Positions 26,731-40,045 of a stretch of 64,000 bases of DNA are shown here, in pieces (position 1 is the stretch's first letter; every line of letters starts with the position of its first letter). The position numbers and the translations under genes were made by a program. The notes beneath the pieces were generated by a model. That model ran no database searches, was not told where the DNA came from, and saw only the letters and a program-made list of their open reading frames with translations. Origin of the DNA: Phoronis australis. Lineage: Eukaryota; Animalia; Phoronida. The stretch lies in contig NMRA01000500.1 of the NCBI GenBank assembly GCA_002633005.1, positions 105,058 through 169,057 of the forward strand, in the 5' to 3' direction.

Positions 26731-28017
26731 TTTTATGAGCCCACATATTTATATGTGGAGGCATTATGCAGTCATCTCCGTCCGTTCGTCCGTCCGTCCG
26801 GGCGACGTTCGTCCGGCGTCCGGCGTCCGCTGCTCTATCTCCAAAATCCTTATACATAGGTTCATGAAATTTGGCACATAAGTTCCATTTATGAATAGGA
26901 CGGCATGAGTGAACTTTCGGACAGATCCGACTACCGGTGTGCCCCCTAGTGGCAATTTTAGTTTTTAACGCTTACCTTTGTATCTTCAAAGTCCTGAACA
27001 GATTTTCATGAAATTTGGTATGTAAGCACCTAATAGTGAGATGACGCTATCCTCCAGTTTTCGGATGGATTCGAAGTAGTTTGCGCCACGTAAATAGTGG
27101 CCATTTTTTTGCGTCCACCTCTCTATCAACCAAACCGCTCAAAGGATGATTGTGAAAATTGGCATGTATGTGCTTACTATAAAGAGAACGGTTGACGATG
27201 ATTTTCCGACGATTTCGACTACTGTGGCGCCTCCTAGTGGTAGTTTTGTTTTTGTTGCGCCTATGACTGTATCTTCTAATTTGTTAACAGGATCTTTACT
27301 TAATTTTGCAAGTTTATTTATATGATGTTGACTACAGATAACGACGACTTTCGGACTGATCTGACTACTGCTGTGCCCCCTAGTGGCAATTTTATTTTTT
27401 TACGTTTAACTCAGTATCTTCAAAGGTCCTCAACAGATTTTCATAAGTTTTTAATATAGGTATATATTGGTGTGATGACGTTATCTTCCTGTCTTTGGAT
27501 GGAATCGAGGTATTTATCACCAACATGTGGCCATTTTTGCTGTTTTCAAATCTTGTTTTTGGTGTCCACCCCTGTATCAACCAAATCATTTGAAAATTGG
27601 CATAGATGTTCCCAGTGTGAAGACTAGCTTTGATGATGGTGACTGACTACTGTGATGCCTCCCAGTGGTAGTTTTGTTTTGCGCCCATAGTTGTATCTCT
27701 TAAACCCACTGCAGGATCTTTACTAAATTTAGGAAGTGTATTTATATGAAGATAACAACAGACGACGACGACTTTCAGGCGGATCCAACGGACACTGTGC
27801 CCACTAGTGGCAATTTCATTTTATACTGTTTTCCTTTGTTTCTCTGAAGTTCCTTGACAGATTTTTATGAAATATGGCATGTTCCTGTTTTTGGATGGAT
27901 TGTATGTTTTTGCGCCATCTAGTGACCATTTTTATGATACAAATAAATAACCCTAAAAGCACACCATTTGCGATGCCTTCGTGGGCGCTTTTCAACGCTC
28001 TGCGTTGCTCTTGTTTT
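26731..28017 (+). mobile_element. Helentron-associated (DINE-1/HINE-like) non-autonomous element
   Basis: 5' TTTTATGAGCCCAC...GTGG hairpin/subTIR, (GTCC)n microsatellite, internal tandem subrepeats, 3' GTGGGCGC subTIR + CAACGC-TCT-GCGTTG hairpin + CTTGTTTT; T-rich insertion site. Confidence 0.75.
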
Positions 28018-28254
28018 GAGATCCAAACACACAAAACTCTTGTTATCCCGGCCAGTGGTTCAGAACCCGATCAGGCCCGTCGCTGCCGCCGGGACTGGCA
28101 CGAACATAAAGCAGCTTGAGTTGGAAACTAAACCTCCAGTCACGAAAAGACTATAATAGTGAGCCAAAGAAATAATGTTCACGTAATTATTTATGTGAAT
28201 TAGCCACGAAACTGAAAATCTACTTACTTGTCGTTGGCCGCGAAGTTCCCCTTC

Positions 28255-31200
28255 TAGTCAGGTTTACTATGTCCAAATTTTGACATTCGTTGAAAATTTT
28301 TGGGGAAAGTGGAAACTATACATTTTTGGAAATCTCATGGAATGACGAATCAGAAAATAATTGATTCGATTTTTTCGTTTGCCATCTTGGCGGTCATCTT
28401 TCATTTTCAAAAATGGCGCCCGTAAAATACAGTTTGCTCAGTATTTCTGCTCTTGGGTCACTTTGAATGTTAGTTTTAATGGCTGCACCCACATTTTATG
28501 GGGTAAGGAATTGAAAAACACTAGTTCTAAAATGATACATGTAATCTAAATGATTTTAAATGATTTTAATAGCAGATACGAACCCCCAGAATATTTAAAG
28601 GAATCATAGAAACGCAGATTAACATATGTTTACAGTGTATACCTATTTCTTCATGAAAAGACATTTGAGACATATCTTTTGAAGATTTCGTAATTACTTT
28701 CACTGTTCACTTTGGAATCCAGTTCTCCTCTACTCAATGGAAATGCATTTTGCCTTTGGCAGTCGGATGGCAGATAAGCTTGGCAGTAACCAGGCTGAGG
28801 ATCAATGACGAGAACAACAAGAGTTGTAGCCAGCTTGGCAAATCGACCAGAAACCTGCTATCAACCACTATGAATTCACTCTAATACCAAGAGCAATCTT
28901 TGCTGCCAGTGGAGCAATGCTGTCATGCACAGACAAATCGAATCGAACTCACCTTCTGCACAAACTGTCCGAAGCAGACGTCTGACAAAAGGACAGTCCT
29001 CAAGCTGCAAGAGAGGTTTTAGATCCAGAAAACATGTAAACAACATCCATTGAGTGTGTTCACCCAAGCCACAAAACTGCACGTGTGGATACTATGGAAG
29101 TGATGTTCTTAACTAAAGATTATGACATCATTCTGGTTTTTGATACCCACAAAGGCAACTCTTTTAAACAATCCACAAGAAAAAAGGAGGCAGAGAAAGG
29201 GTCAAGTACAGTACCAGATAAGAGATGAGACTTTCATACAGAACATCCCAATGAGCCGTTTCCTCTCCTATAACCAAAAAAGGCTCAACCTACTGAAAAT
29301 CTGTCTGTAAAGACACTTGAATATAATAAAGACGCAGACAAGATAGCCATTACTTCAGCTTCAGGATGCACAAAGAGCAACCGACGAGATCGACGCTTAG
29401 AACAAAACGATCACGAAAAAGCAGATATATTGCTAATACACTGTAAATCATGCAGTTCTGGCATCACATCAAAAGGTCCCTGATTCTCAGCTGTTTTTTT
29501 CACCTGACATAGATTTACTAGTACTCGTCATTGCCTATTATAACGGGCATCTCAGAAATACTTCAGTCCCCATGCAATCTGGGATTGTGGACGTGAATCC
29601 AATATGCTCATCATTAGGTGCTTTCTGGGCAAAGGCTCTTCCTGCTGTCCATGCTTTTACATGGACAGACAACACTGGTCCATTCTGTTGGTTGAATATA
29701 TATTTGAAAGCAAACACCGATGATATCAATGCACAGCAGACTTTTTGTACTGCTTATGAAGTAACAGGTGAACCTCTTTTCACATTAGCCCCTTTTACAG
29801 GTGCATACTCATCACAGGGTATAGACACAAATAGCATCCCAGAGCTGAGATAATACCTCTTCTGCTGACAGCAACAAACGTCCCCCAACCATTGGTACTG
29901 ACCTTAACAAACTCTATGACTGGTCTCACAAATGGAAGATGAAATTTAAACCTGAAAAAAGTGTTGATCTTATATTTTCTAAGTCTAATGATACTCATTT
30001 ACAAACAAATCCAACACTGGAATTATCAATCAATGGGGAAGTTATCCCCAATAAGTCCACGCACAAACATCTTGACTTGCTACTCGACCATAAGCTTACA
30101 TTTACTCCTCATTGTCGCGAACTCGTTCAAAAAGTACAAAAATTAATTAATCCAATTAGAATTATCTCTCGTCATCTCAACTCCATGCATCTTGAAACTC
30201 TGTTCAAGTCTTTTGTACTTCCACATCTAGATTACTGTGACATAATCTACCAGTCGGCAAACGCTGGCGTACTTTTCCAATTAAAAAGACTACAATACCA
30301 AGCAGCTTTAGCCATAACTGGGGCATACAAAAGGTCCAACACAATCAAGGTTCTAAGTAGTCTTCACTGGAGCAAACTAGCAACCCGTCGTAAATTCCAC
30401 CTGTCCATGTATACATTCAAAGTCTTAACCAACATAAACAAATACTCTAACAAAATCCTCTTTGACTCCTACAAAAGACCAAGCCCGAGACCAGGACTCC
30501 GGCAAAGCAATATGTATACTATTCCAGCCTCCATCAGCCAAGCCTTTAGAAGATCAACGATATTAACTTGTATTGACAACTGGAATTCCTTACCATTCAA
30601 AATAAAAGAAAGTACTTCAATCGTCACTCTCAAAAATAACTTTAAAATGCATACCACTACTCCAGACTTGCCAGTCCCATTGACATCATTCCAACTTCCC
30701 CGCAACCATGAAATAACCCTATCCAGATCAAGATGTGGTCTATTTCTTTATAACATTAAATCTCTTTGTGTGAGTGGATAGAATTTTATACATCTGTATG
30801 AAAATAAATTATTTTCTTTCGTTGTCATATATTTTATTGTATTCTTAACATCAGTTTTTTTTATTTATGTATTTGTATATAATCATTGTATATAGACTTC
30901 TTTGTATTTTTTTACCCAGATCTAATGCCTCTTGGCGCTTTCTGGGTTATGTATATCCATTGTGTTCTGAAGATTTCGTAATAAACATTAAAAAAAACAT
31001 TGGTACTTTGAAACAGCATGTGCTGAGGGTGTTAAAGCCAGAGTGTGGGGCCAGGCAGCCATTGCTCGACAGGAGTTCCTTGACCCATTGCAGAATTAAT
31101 TTACAAGGACAAAGATGACCAGCTGAAACCCTCACAACTGAGGAGCTTCCGGCGCCAGAGGCTATCATTGAGATGGTTAGATGCCAGTGCAAAAAACAAT

Positions 31201-31988
31201 TCCTCTTCCCAAAGATGCTCTTGCCAATCAAAGGACCTATCTTACACAGATTTATATCAGTATAGTGCCGAATGTCAGAATGGTAATGATGATAAAATTC
31301 CTGGTGACAGTGATGGCTATAGTAATGATATATAGACTTATTTAAAAGTTTTAAAATACCATTGACACTACAAAAACATACTTTCGTGTTCTTCAAACGT
31401 AAATAAGTTGTTTAGGTACTGGTTTAGTTTAAAGTGTCTTGAAGGAAACAAATTCCAAACTAAATATACAAGAAAGTAAGATAGTGATCATACATGTATG
31501 TGTCGGATTACATGAAGTATGCATTTAGAAAATGCGACTACTGATAAATGGGGTTTTGACTATGTTTATCATTTAATAAGTTGCATTTTAAGATTTCTTG
31601 ACCACAAAAATGTGGGTGCAGCCATTAAAACTAACATTCTAAGTGACCTAAGAGCAAAGATACTGAGGAAAATGTATTTTCCGGGCGCCATTTTTAAAAT
31701 CCAAGATGGCCGCCAAGATGGCGCCCAAAAATTGAAATTTCCAATTCCTTGAGCCGAGAAATGCAGGTGTAGCCATAAAAATCAACATTCTAAGTGACCC
31801 AAAAGCGGAAATATTGGCAAAATCCATTTTACAGGCGCCATTTTTTGAAAATCCAAGATGGCTGCCATGATGGCCGCCAAAAATTGAATCAATTATTTTC
31901 TGATTTGTCATTCCATGAGGTTTCCAAAAATGTATAGTTTCCACTTTCCCCAAAAAATTCCAACAAAATTACACAACAAACTTGACTA
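28255..31988 (+). mobile_element. Academ DNA transposon with decayed transposase
   Basis: Termini TAGTCAGGTTT / AAACTTGACTA, long subterminal inverted repeats and a 3-bp TSD TTC (28252-28254, 31989-31991). Transposase motifs NDHEKADI, SPDIDLLVL, ALPAVHAFTWTDNTG, GTLKQHVLR, LPAPEAIIEMVRCQCK. Confidence 0.85.
29862..30998 (+). mobile_element. 5'-truncated non-LTR retrotransposon (CR1/L2-group LINE), ORF2 C-terminal part
   Basis: ORF 29939-30781: W..KWKMKFKPEKS, HKHLDLLLDHKLTF..H, LFKSFVLPHLDYCDIIY, LHWSKLATRR, WNSLP. Ends in AATAAA + A-run; interrupts the Academ transposase. Confidence 0.85.
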
Positions 31989-32559
31989 TTCCACAGACCG
32001 TCAGGGCAAAGGCTGTACAGTAACAATGCTTTGAATAATGTATTTGTACATGTATGTCTAAATAAAGATTCCCCTAACATGTGACAATAGCATTTAAAAT
32101 GGAATGATAGTTTTACAACAACTTTCTGTTAGCAAACACTGGATTAGCATGCGCGCACACGGTCTCGGTGCCCGGTCAATTACCTTTCAATGCCGGCATC
32201 AAAACCCGGTTGCCTAACGCAGTGGTTTATTCATTGCTGGCTTCTCAAAACATTTGCACTCATGAGCACTCCAAGACATTACACATTGTATTTAATGAGG
32301 CAGACTTTGTTTTAATTTCATATAAGCATTGGTTAGTATCATTTTAGGATGATAATAATTCATTTTGAAACAGAAGACAGAATAATAAATGTCTACATGG
32401 CAACTCGCCCAGCGCCAATTCCGACTTAGTCAAGAGCTCATCCGACGAAGACTACACGGGTCGGATCGTTAGGTTTCACAGGCTATCAGTTCGAACCGGA
32501 ATACACTGTTCAAGAAATATTAGAGGCGCCGTGAACATGCATAGGCAACGGAACGTATA

Positions 32560-32770
32560 GATAGTTCTTTCGTCGACGAAATGCCGGCCACAGACACGGA
32601 GATGTTTCACGGCCTCAAACTTGCTATTAACAGTATACCTTTCATTCACCGCGAGCCACTTCCTAAACATTTCGGGTTTCCGAGGAAGTCGAAAAAACGA
32701 TATACCCGCTTTCTTCGCAGCTTCATAGTTCGGGCAAGCCGAAACCGATGCACCGCAATGCACATGTAGC
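32560..32770 (-). pseudogene. THAP zinc-finger remnant (N-terminus of the Kolobok transposase)
   Basis: SACPN...GISFFRLP...RKWL...LRVCGRHF matches the THAP C-C-P-W-C-H pattern. Confidence 0.7.
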
Positions 32771-35700
32771 AGCATTCATTCTGCAGACGAACAACTGACG
32801 TCGTTGCGTCGCTTCTCACCTTCCTCACAGGTTAACGCGACACCTCTTGGCAAGGTGAGGTCGACCGCATAAGAGGCGATGTGGATATAGACTGATTAAG
32901 ACGGTAAAAAAGACTAATTAAGTCGGGTGTCATTCTTCTTTAATTCCGAAGACAACGAAGAAAATGAGGTAACCCGATCCGTCTTAAGTCATCTCACCTG
33001 TCGTCATTAGAAATACACCCGTAACAAAGACCCTGCAAGCGGTTAATCAGATATGACCGCGGAGAAAAAATGCAGCTAGGGGTTGACACAGCTAGTAGTC
33101 GGAGTCGACCAGAAATTTTCGTCAGTTGTGCCCTTCCTAGCTGTAAAACGCAAGCCAGTTTTAATGATGACTCTTAAGAGTAGTTGGACGGACGCCAAAA
33201 CCCAGACTTGAAATTTCTAAAAATGACAACTAGGTGGCGTACAAAACTTCAGATTTACCCGCAAATGAGCACAAAGTTCCCGTCGCCTCTTTTAAGAGTG
33301 AACAATTTGTTAAATTTCATGAAAATTCAAGAAAGCACTACAAAGATAAACAGGAAAATGTAAGTAAATATAAATGCCCATAGGGGCATAATTATAGCCG
33401 GATCCGTCCGCAAGTAGTCGCCATAACCACGTGCATAAGAATTTAACTAAGTTCCCGCGAATGTTCATGGGATACAGCCGCGAACACAACAACTGTCATT
33501 AGCAGGTGCCACAGTACTCGGAGCCGTCCGAAAACAATCTTCAAGCGTCGTATTCGTAACGGATTATTCCAATGTTTAAAACCTTACTTAGAGTTTGTGG
33601 GCCGATAGAGTTGCGAAAGCCAAAATCAGACGTGAAAATAGAAAAAAACGGACACCAGGTTTCCCAGAATGCGTCAAGTACAGGCAAAAACAATAAAGCA
33701 GCCGGCGTAACTAATAGATGCTTTTAGCCAGCTTCATGAGAATCAGACAAAAAACTCCCACAGTGTTGTCATAATGCATTCCGTGGCTACTAAGGGGTAA
33801 GCACGTGACCCGAAGCTTTTGCGGTACACCATGAGGTGTGCTAAGCCTACGCGGATGGGCTCAGCATCTCTGTCATTTGCCCTGCATAGTGTCCTCCTCT
33901 ACTTCACTACTGGTAGGTCGTTGTTATGATAATCTTTTTGGTGCCCTTTTATTAGTGAGTGAATCAGCGCCATTTTCGGGTTGTCTAACGTATCAGCTCT
34001 GCAATACTGGATACAGTGGTAGCAAAATGTATGAAGAAATTGGTTACGTCCTAAATGTATTTATTTGTAGTGTATATGTTTTTGGAAATTCAGATTGGTC
34101 GACTGACGTTACTTGCATGGGCGTACATGTATGAACAGGGGAAAGGAGGGACGAGGACCTCCCTCCACGTATCAAGTTTTTCGGTGGTTTTATAGTGACT
34201 CGAATATTGATACTTTTGTTCTAGAATTCCAAGCGGAGAATTCCCTTTTTTAGATCGCCATTAGGAAAACGTTATTTATAAAAACGGAATGTTCGTACAC
34301 TCCGTGTGGATTAGACTCCTAGGAGTAATTTTAATGAGGGTTCACGTTGTACATGTCCGAGGGCTGCAGCCCACTCAAAGTTTCTGTATTAGCAATCATA
34401 GTTGTAAACATTTCTGCGATTCTCGGAGTGCAAGTTCTTGCCATGAACTGTATCAGGGTACATCTGGGAGGAACGAAAATTCACGTTAACACGAATAATT
34501 TCTAAAATTTATTGGGCAATATCTTCTCACAATCCCCGTGGGATGCTCCGTCACCCGTGCTTTCCTGGCAGACCGCCAAATAAATGTGCATGGTACAGTT
34601 TATCTTTGAAAATTGCCGTGAAATTCTATACATCCGGTAATCTGAAAAGGTTAGGATTTATATCCGTACGAACTTACAAAACTCGACCGACCCATAGACG
34701 ATTATTTGACTCATGAGAGCTGTGATGCACATTACAATTCTGGAAAGTTGTCTTCATCCCTTTCCAAATGGCATTCCATGACATTCGCCAATCGATTTTT
34801 AGTGAATTTTGACGTGAAGCAATGAAATTCAGACAGTTCAGTCAATATCATTTTCCCGCTTCCGTGCGCAGCCATTAGAAACTGAGTATCCATTGTCAAA
34901 AAGTGACTTTGAAACAACGCTTAAGACAATATATCAAGGGTACCCAAGTTTCCGGTGACTACCGTGTACCTCCGCGGTATTTGAAAACAACAAAAATTGG
35001 AGACCAGAAGGCGGTTGCATGAACTGTTGTTGATGTGGAGGAACCTGAATTTGCGCCCAACGAAGAAGACGTGTGGCAGGCGTGCTAGTGCGACTAAAAA
35101 CAGGTCAGATGTAAAATTGATGAAAACATCATCATCGTACAAGCTGACAAAGGCAATGCAACAGTAGTACTTGATAAGGATGACTACAACAGGAAGATGA
35201 CTGATCTACTATCTAGCGGGCAGTACAAGGCAGTAAAATCTGACAATACCAAGAGCGTAGAAAGAAAAATCAAATCCCTCTTGAAAATTTCAGAAGGTTA
35301 ATTACCACGTGGCACACTCCAAATAATCAACCCAAACAACACAAAAGTCCCGCACATGTATGGTAAACCTAAGATACACAAACCTGGTATGCCGATGAGA
35401 CCAATTATAAGCAACATTGGTTCTCCCTGCCACCAACCAACTAGATTCCTCAACAACATCATATCCCCACTAGTTGGAAAAACTGACTCGTACGTAAAGG
35501 ACTCGAAGCACTTCGTGTCAATGTTGTCATCAGTCAGCATTACACCAATTGACACCACGGTGAGCTTTGATGTCGAAAGCCTATTCACATATGTACCAAC
35601 AGCAGAGGTTCTCCCAATCTCTCAGGTCAAAGTTAGAACATGACCACAAGCCATCAGAGGATGTAAACCTCCCAATAGGCTCCATTCTGGAATTAGTGAC

Positions 35701-36743
35701 ATTCAGTGTCAACACCACCTACTTCCAATACCAAGACAAGTTGGCAATGGGTTTACCACTATCACCAGTCTTAGCTAAATTGTACATGGAGTGGTTCGAA
35801 CAAACAGCTCTCAGCTCAGCTAGCAGACCCCCGAAGATGTGGAAACGATACGTTGACGACACATTCACAATATTCGGCCAAGACTCAGAAAATCCATCAG
35901 AGTTCCTTGACTATCTGAACAACATAGCGTCTACTATTATATTCACAATAGAAGAAGAGACAAATACATGTAACAGTCTCCTATGCCTAGACGTACAGTT
36001 AACAACGTCAGTCTACTATAAGAAGACCCACACAGGCCGATACCTTGACTTCAACTCCAACCGCATCAACGGAGTCGAGAAGGATATAATCAAATGCCTT
36101 GCATCAATATCAAAGGAAATCTGCAGTGATACAACACTCAAAGCAGAAATGACAGAGTCATTCGAAAGAAATGGCTACCCAAGGCATTTCATCAAGTCGG
36201 CTTTAACATCGCAGAGGAAAGACAAAGTGGCAGAAGAACGCCCACTGCAGACTATGTGCTTACCGTATGTACCCGGAATAACCGAAAAGCTAGGACGCAT
36301 ATGTAGAGAATTTAAAATAAGAACAGTATACCGCAGCTCAGACACACTGGGTCGGCGACTGACAAAAGTCAAACCAAGAACTGACATGGGAAAAAAGAAA
36401 AATATCATCTATGAAATCCCATGTGAATGTGGTGAATCGTATATCGGTGAAACATTAAGACCACTGGAGACAAGAATTGCTGAGCATAAGAGGTGTTGTA
36501 GAGAAGATAATACCTCATCAGGAGTAGCAGAGCACATGTGGTTGAAACAACACAACATCCAGTGGAATAACATCCGAATACTTGACAGTGAAACAGGTTG
36601 AACCAAGAGAAAGATCAAGGAAGTCATGTACATGAAAGTACAAGGCAATGTCTTCAGTCGGCCAGGCAAACAACCAAGTGACACCTGGCTCAGTCTACTT
36701 AGGAAGGTTTAAGCATAATAAAAATCCCTCTAAGTAATTAGAT

Positions 36744-36825
36744 GACTCCGTGGTGTAGTGGTTAAGGTGTTAGACTCGAATTATCTGCAGTTCCAGAAGT
36801 CGAGTATTCAACTCGTGCCTCGCAC
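36744..36825 (+). ncRNA. tRNA-derived (SINE-head-like) segment with A box and degenerate B box in the PLE 3' region
   Basis: GACTCCGTGGTGTAGTGGTTAAGGTGTTAGACTCGAA resembles a tRNA 5' half/D-arm; AGTATTCAACTC is B-box-like. It does not fold as a full tRNA. Confidence 0.55.
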
Positions 36826-36885
36826 AAAAAATCACACCATGAGTGTACCACGTATCCGTGCTCGGCTCTTCTAAGAACGCGGGAA

Positions 36886-36927
36886 CACCTGACGATGGCC
36901 GGAGAAGAGACTGACTGAAACGTCGTG
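36886..36927 (+). ncRNA. Minimal type I hammerhead ribozyme motif (PLE pseudo-LTR)
   Basis: cac-CTGACGA-tggcc...gact-GAAACGTC-gtg: intact CUGANGA and GAAA cores, stem I cac/gtg, weak stem II. Confidence 0.65.
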
Positions 36928-37845
36928 ACAGTGTATATAGACAAGAGGTCGGTGTAAATAGACCAAGAGATTTTAATAAAAGTTGTAATACGCCACCACC
37001 TCAGAGCGGTTTTAGGAAGTCATTTTAGGAAGACGAAATTAGTACAATAGATTCACGTAAGCAGGTAGAGCGTTTGAACTAAAGAACTCAATTTTTTTTC
37101 ACAATTGATTGTCCTTGACTATTACAGTATTGGTGATTATGAGAACAGGCCGGGCATGTAGCCGAATCTTCTACGCAGCGCAATGGGTCAAACCCAAATG
37201 GCGACCTTTAAACAGGAATAAATCAAATTAACGTCAACATTACGTCATCAGCTAAGACCACAATGACAAGTGTTTATTACAGTTGTAAGAATAAAATGAC
37301 AGGCAATCAAACAAAATGTTCCAACATAATTTTAAAAATCTATTGGTCGAATTGAACCAGCATCTATCATATTTAATTCAATAGAACGTTAGGTTTTAGA
37401 CATGGCGATACTTCTCACGTCATCACCGGCAAGTGGTTTCAGCAAAGATACTATATAGCTAAGATCTCCGACTTATGACCTAAATAGTCACAGCGTTACA
37501 AGTAGCGCCACCTTCTGGAAGGCGCTCAAATACAGCATAATAACACGGTTGACTGTAATGCCACTGTGTCATCTGGTGCTTACAAAATACTTTGTTTCGC
37601 TTGCCTAAAGATAAGGAGAGGTAAGTGTATGTTCATTATGTATTCCATACTACCATTGGCAAGTACTGATCGGAGAATAGGAGTCAGTACTGCAGTAGAG
37701 CAGGCCTACATATTAGGGATAGTTACCAGTAGTTGACAACACTGAGGACCACAGCATGGTGGTATGAAACTCATTCGGTAGTGGCTGCACATCTTCTGCC
37801 AGGAATGTAATAAAATTGAAGTGGAGTTGTATCAGCTGTGTTTGG

Positions 37846-38717
37846 NNNNNNNNNNNNNNNNNNNNNNNNNNNNNNNNNNNNNNNNNNNNNNNNNNNNNNN
37901 NNNNNNNNNNNNNNNNNNNNNNNNNNNNNNNNNNNNNNNNNNNNNNNNNNNNNNNNNNNNNNNNNNNNNNNNNNNNNNNNNNNNNNNNNNNNNNNNNNNN
38001 NNNNNNNNNNNNNNNNNNNNNNNNNNNNNNNNNNNNNNNNNNNNNNNNNNNNNNNNNNNNNNNNNNNNNNNNNNNNNNNNNNNNNNNNNNNNNNNNNNNN
38101 NNNNNNNNNNNNNNNNNNNNNNNNNNNNNNNNNNNNNNNNNNNNNNNNNNNNNNNNNNNNNNNNNNNNNNNNNNNNNNNNNNNNNNNNNNNNNNNNNNNN
38201 NNNNNNNNNNNNNNNNNNNNNNNNNNNNNNNNNNNNNNNNNNNNNNNNNNNNNNNNNNNNNNNNNNNNNNNNNNNNNNNNNNNNNNNNNNNNNNNNNNNN
38301 NNNNNNNNNNNNNNNNNNNNNNNNNNNNNNNNNNNNNNNNNNNNNNNNNNNNNNNNNNNNNNNNNNNNNNNNNNNNNNNNNNNNNNNNNNNNNNNNNNNN
38401 NNNNNNNNNNNNNNNNNNNNNNNNNNNNNNNNNNNNNNNNNNNNNNNNNNNNNNNNNNNNNNNNNNNNNNNNNNNNNNNNNNNNNNNNNNNNNNNNNNNN
38501 NNNNNNNNNNNNNNNNNNNNNNNNNNNNNNNNNNNNNNNNNNNNNNNNNNNNNNNNNNNNNNNNNNNNNNNNNNNNNNNNNNNNNNNNNNNNNNNNNNNN
38601 NNNNNNNNNNNNNNNNNNNNNNNNNNNNNNNNNNNNNNNNNNNNNNNNNNNNNNNNNNNNNNNNNNNNNNNNNNNNNNNNNNNNNNNNNNNNNNNNNNNN
38701 NNNNNNNNNNNNNNNNN
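37846..38717. other. Assembly gap (N run)
   Basis: Run of N. Confidence 1.
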
Positions 38718-40045
38718 GTTAAATATCAAAATAATTAAATATTATCTTAATTGCATAAACTTCCACGTAAATACAAATGATGTTTCCTCAAAATTGATAT
38801 TGTATTGTATTACTATGCTTACAAAGGGATCTGAAAAATATTGTTATTCATTTGAATGGCATTTGCTTTCATTCTAGTATTATTGCATCACAATAATTAT
38901 CGTATTGGCCATAACATCATCAAAAATTATGTTTTCCTCAAGTAAATTATAAATATAATTCACCAAAATTGGTTTTATGTCTAAAAACGTATTTTTATTC
39001 AAGTTAGTTACAATCTTCACCACAGTCTCAGACCTGGTTTTGAGGGTCTCCGAATATAACTTGGTCTCCACCTAATAGGTGGCGCTGTTCCAAATGTGTG
39101 ACTAGGCAAATTACACTAGGACGGCCATCTTGGGATATAGTATCTTTGGTTTCAGGGAGTTATGGAATATCACGGAATTCTACGATGTCATCGTCGAACA
39201 ATACTTATTATTGGAAGGAATATCCTCACACCAGACATGCACTCCATTGTTCAAAATCAATCAAATGTATCTTAATAATGTCACTAATATAATTTTATTA
39301 AATGCAACGTTTAGTATTAAAATTTAAAATTGAGTTATTAAAATATGACACATATATATGATAAAAATACACGTGGGAGGTAAAAACTAGGAGACATATT
39401 TTGACCGGTGTGTAAATCTGAACAGTGTAAACATATTTGATGTTAAAATCAATGGCACACCAAACAATTTTTAAACTAAAAACCGTATCACTACGGCACG
39501 TGCTGTACTTTTAAACAATGCAATCGAATGATAATACTCAGGGTGTTGCATCGAAACTGGTACCCGGTGTAAAACAGATATTCTGGAGTCGAAAACAGTC
39601 TCCCGCACCTTCAAAACAGTTAAACAGCCCGAAAAAACACGAACCTCCATCATTATAACAGGAACCCCAGGGATCGGACAATTTTTCAAATTTTCTGAGA
39701 CTGAAGTCAGTAGTCTAAAACTTTGACTTAAAGCATCTTCAAGTACTTTCCAGTTATTTCTGCGTTTGTTTATTAAAAATTGTCAATGTTAAAACGTAAA
39801 TTATGATATATTGACTTTGTTAATTGATTTTTATCGGTAAAACTCGTGCAACTTGTCTGTGGGTGAATTTCAACATAACACTCTCGACACGTTGCTATCT
39901 CGATGAATATTTGGTTAACTTCGGATTGTTCAATAGTTTCCCCAAAAATGTTTTCAAAAATGAGAAACAAAAACATTATATAGACTTTCCAGTGCCATCG
40001 TTGTTTAATTTGTTGTGACATGTGCACAACCTCGTGGAAGAACAG

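Larger units (their letters stand above)
26261..32939. mobile_element. Non-autonomous Kolobok-type DNA transposon carrying nested insertions
   Basis: TTAA flanks at 26257-26260 and 32940-32943. Imperfect TIR AGGAAAATGCCACCC vs AGAAGAATGACACCC. Minus-strand THAP remnant at about 32560-32770 and plus-strand GFTGYQFEPEY motif at about 32473-32505. Confidence 0.7.
34930..36990 (+). mobile_element. Penelope-like retroelement (Penelope/Poseidon type), RT + GIY-YIG endonuclease, frameshifted
   Basis: QADKGNATVVLD, YGKPKIHKPGMPMRPIIS, SFDVESLFT, AMGLPLSPVLA, RYVDDTF, IYEIPCECGESYIGET. Several frameshifts and stops; ORF ends about 36711. Confidence 0.92.

Noticed and set aside
36599-36601. In-frame TGA in the PLE endonuclease as selenocysteine (Naiad-like)
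   Set aside because: It falls at a position that is usually Trp (E..W..R..KE), the element has other frameshifts and stops, and no SECIS is evident. It is simply a nonsense mutation.
36744-36825. A functional tRNA-Ser gene
   Set aside because: The acceptor stem and T-arm do not pair; only the 5' half is tRNA-like.
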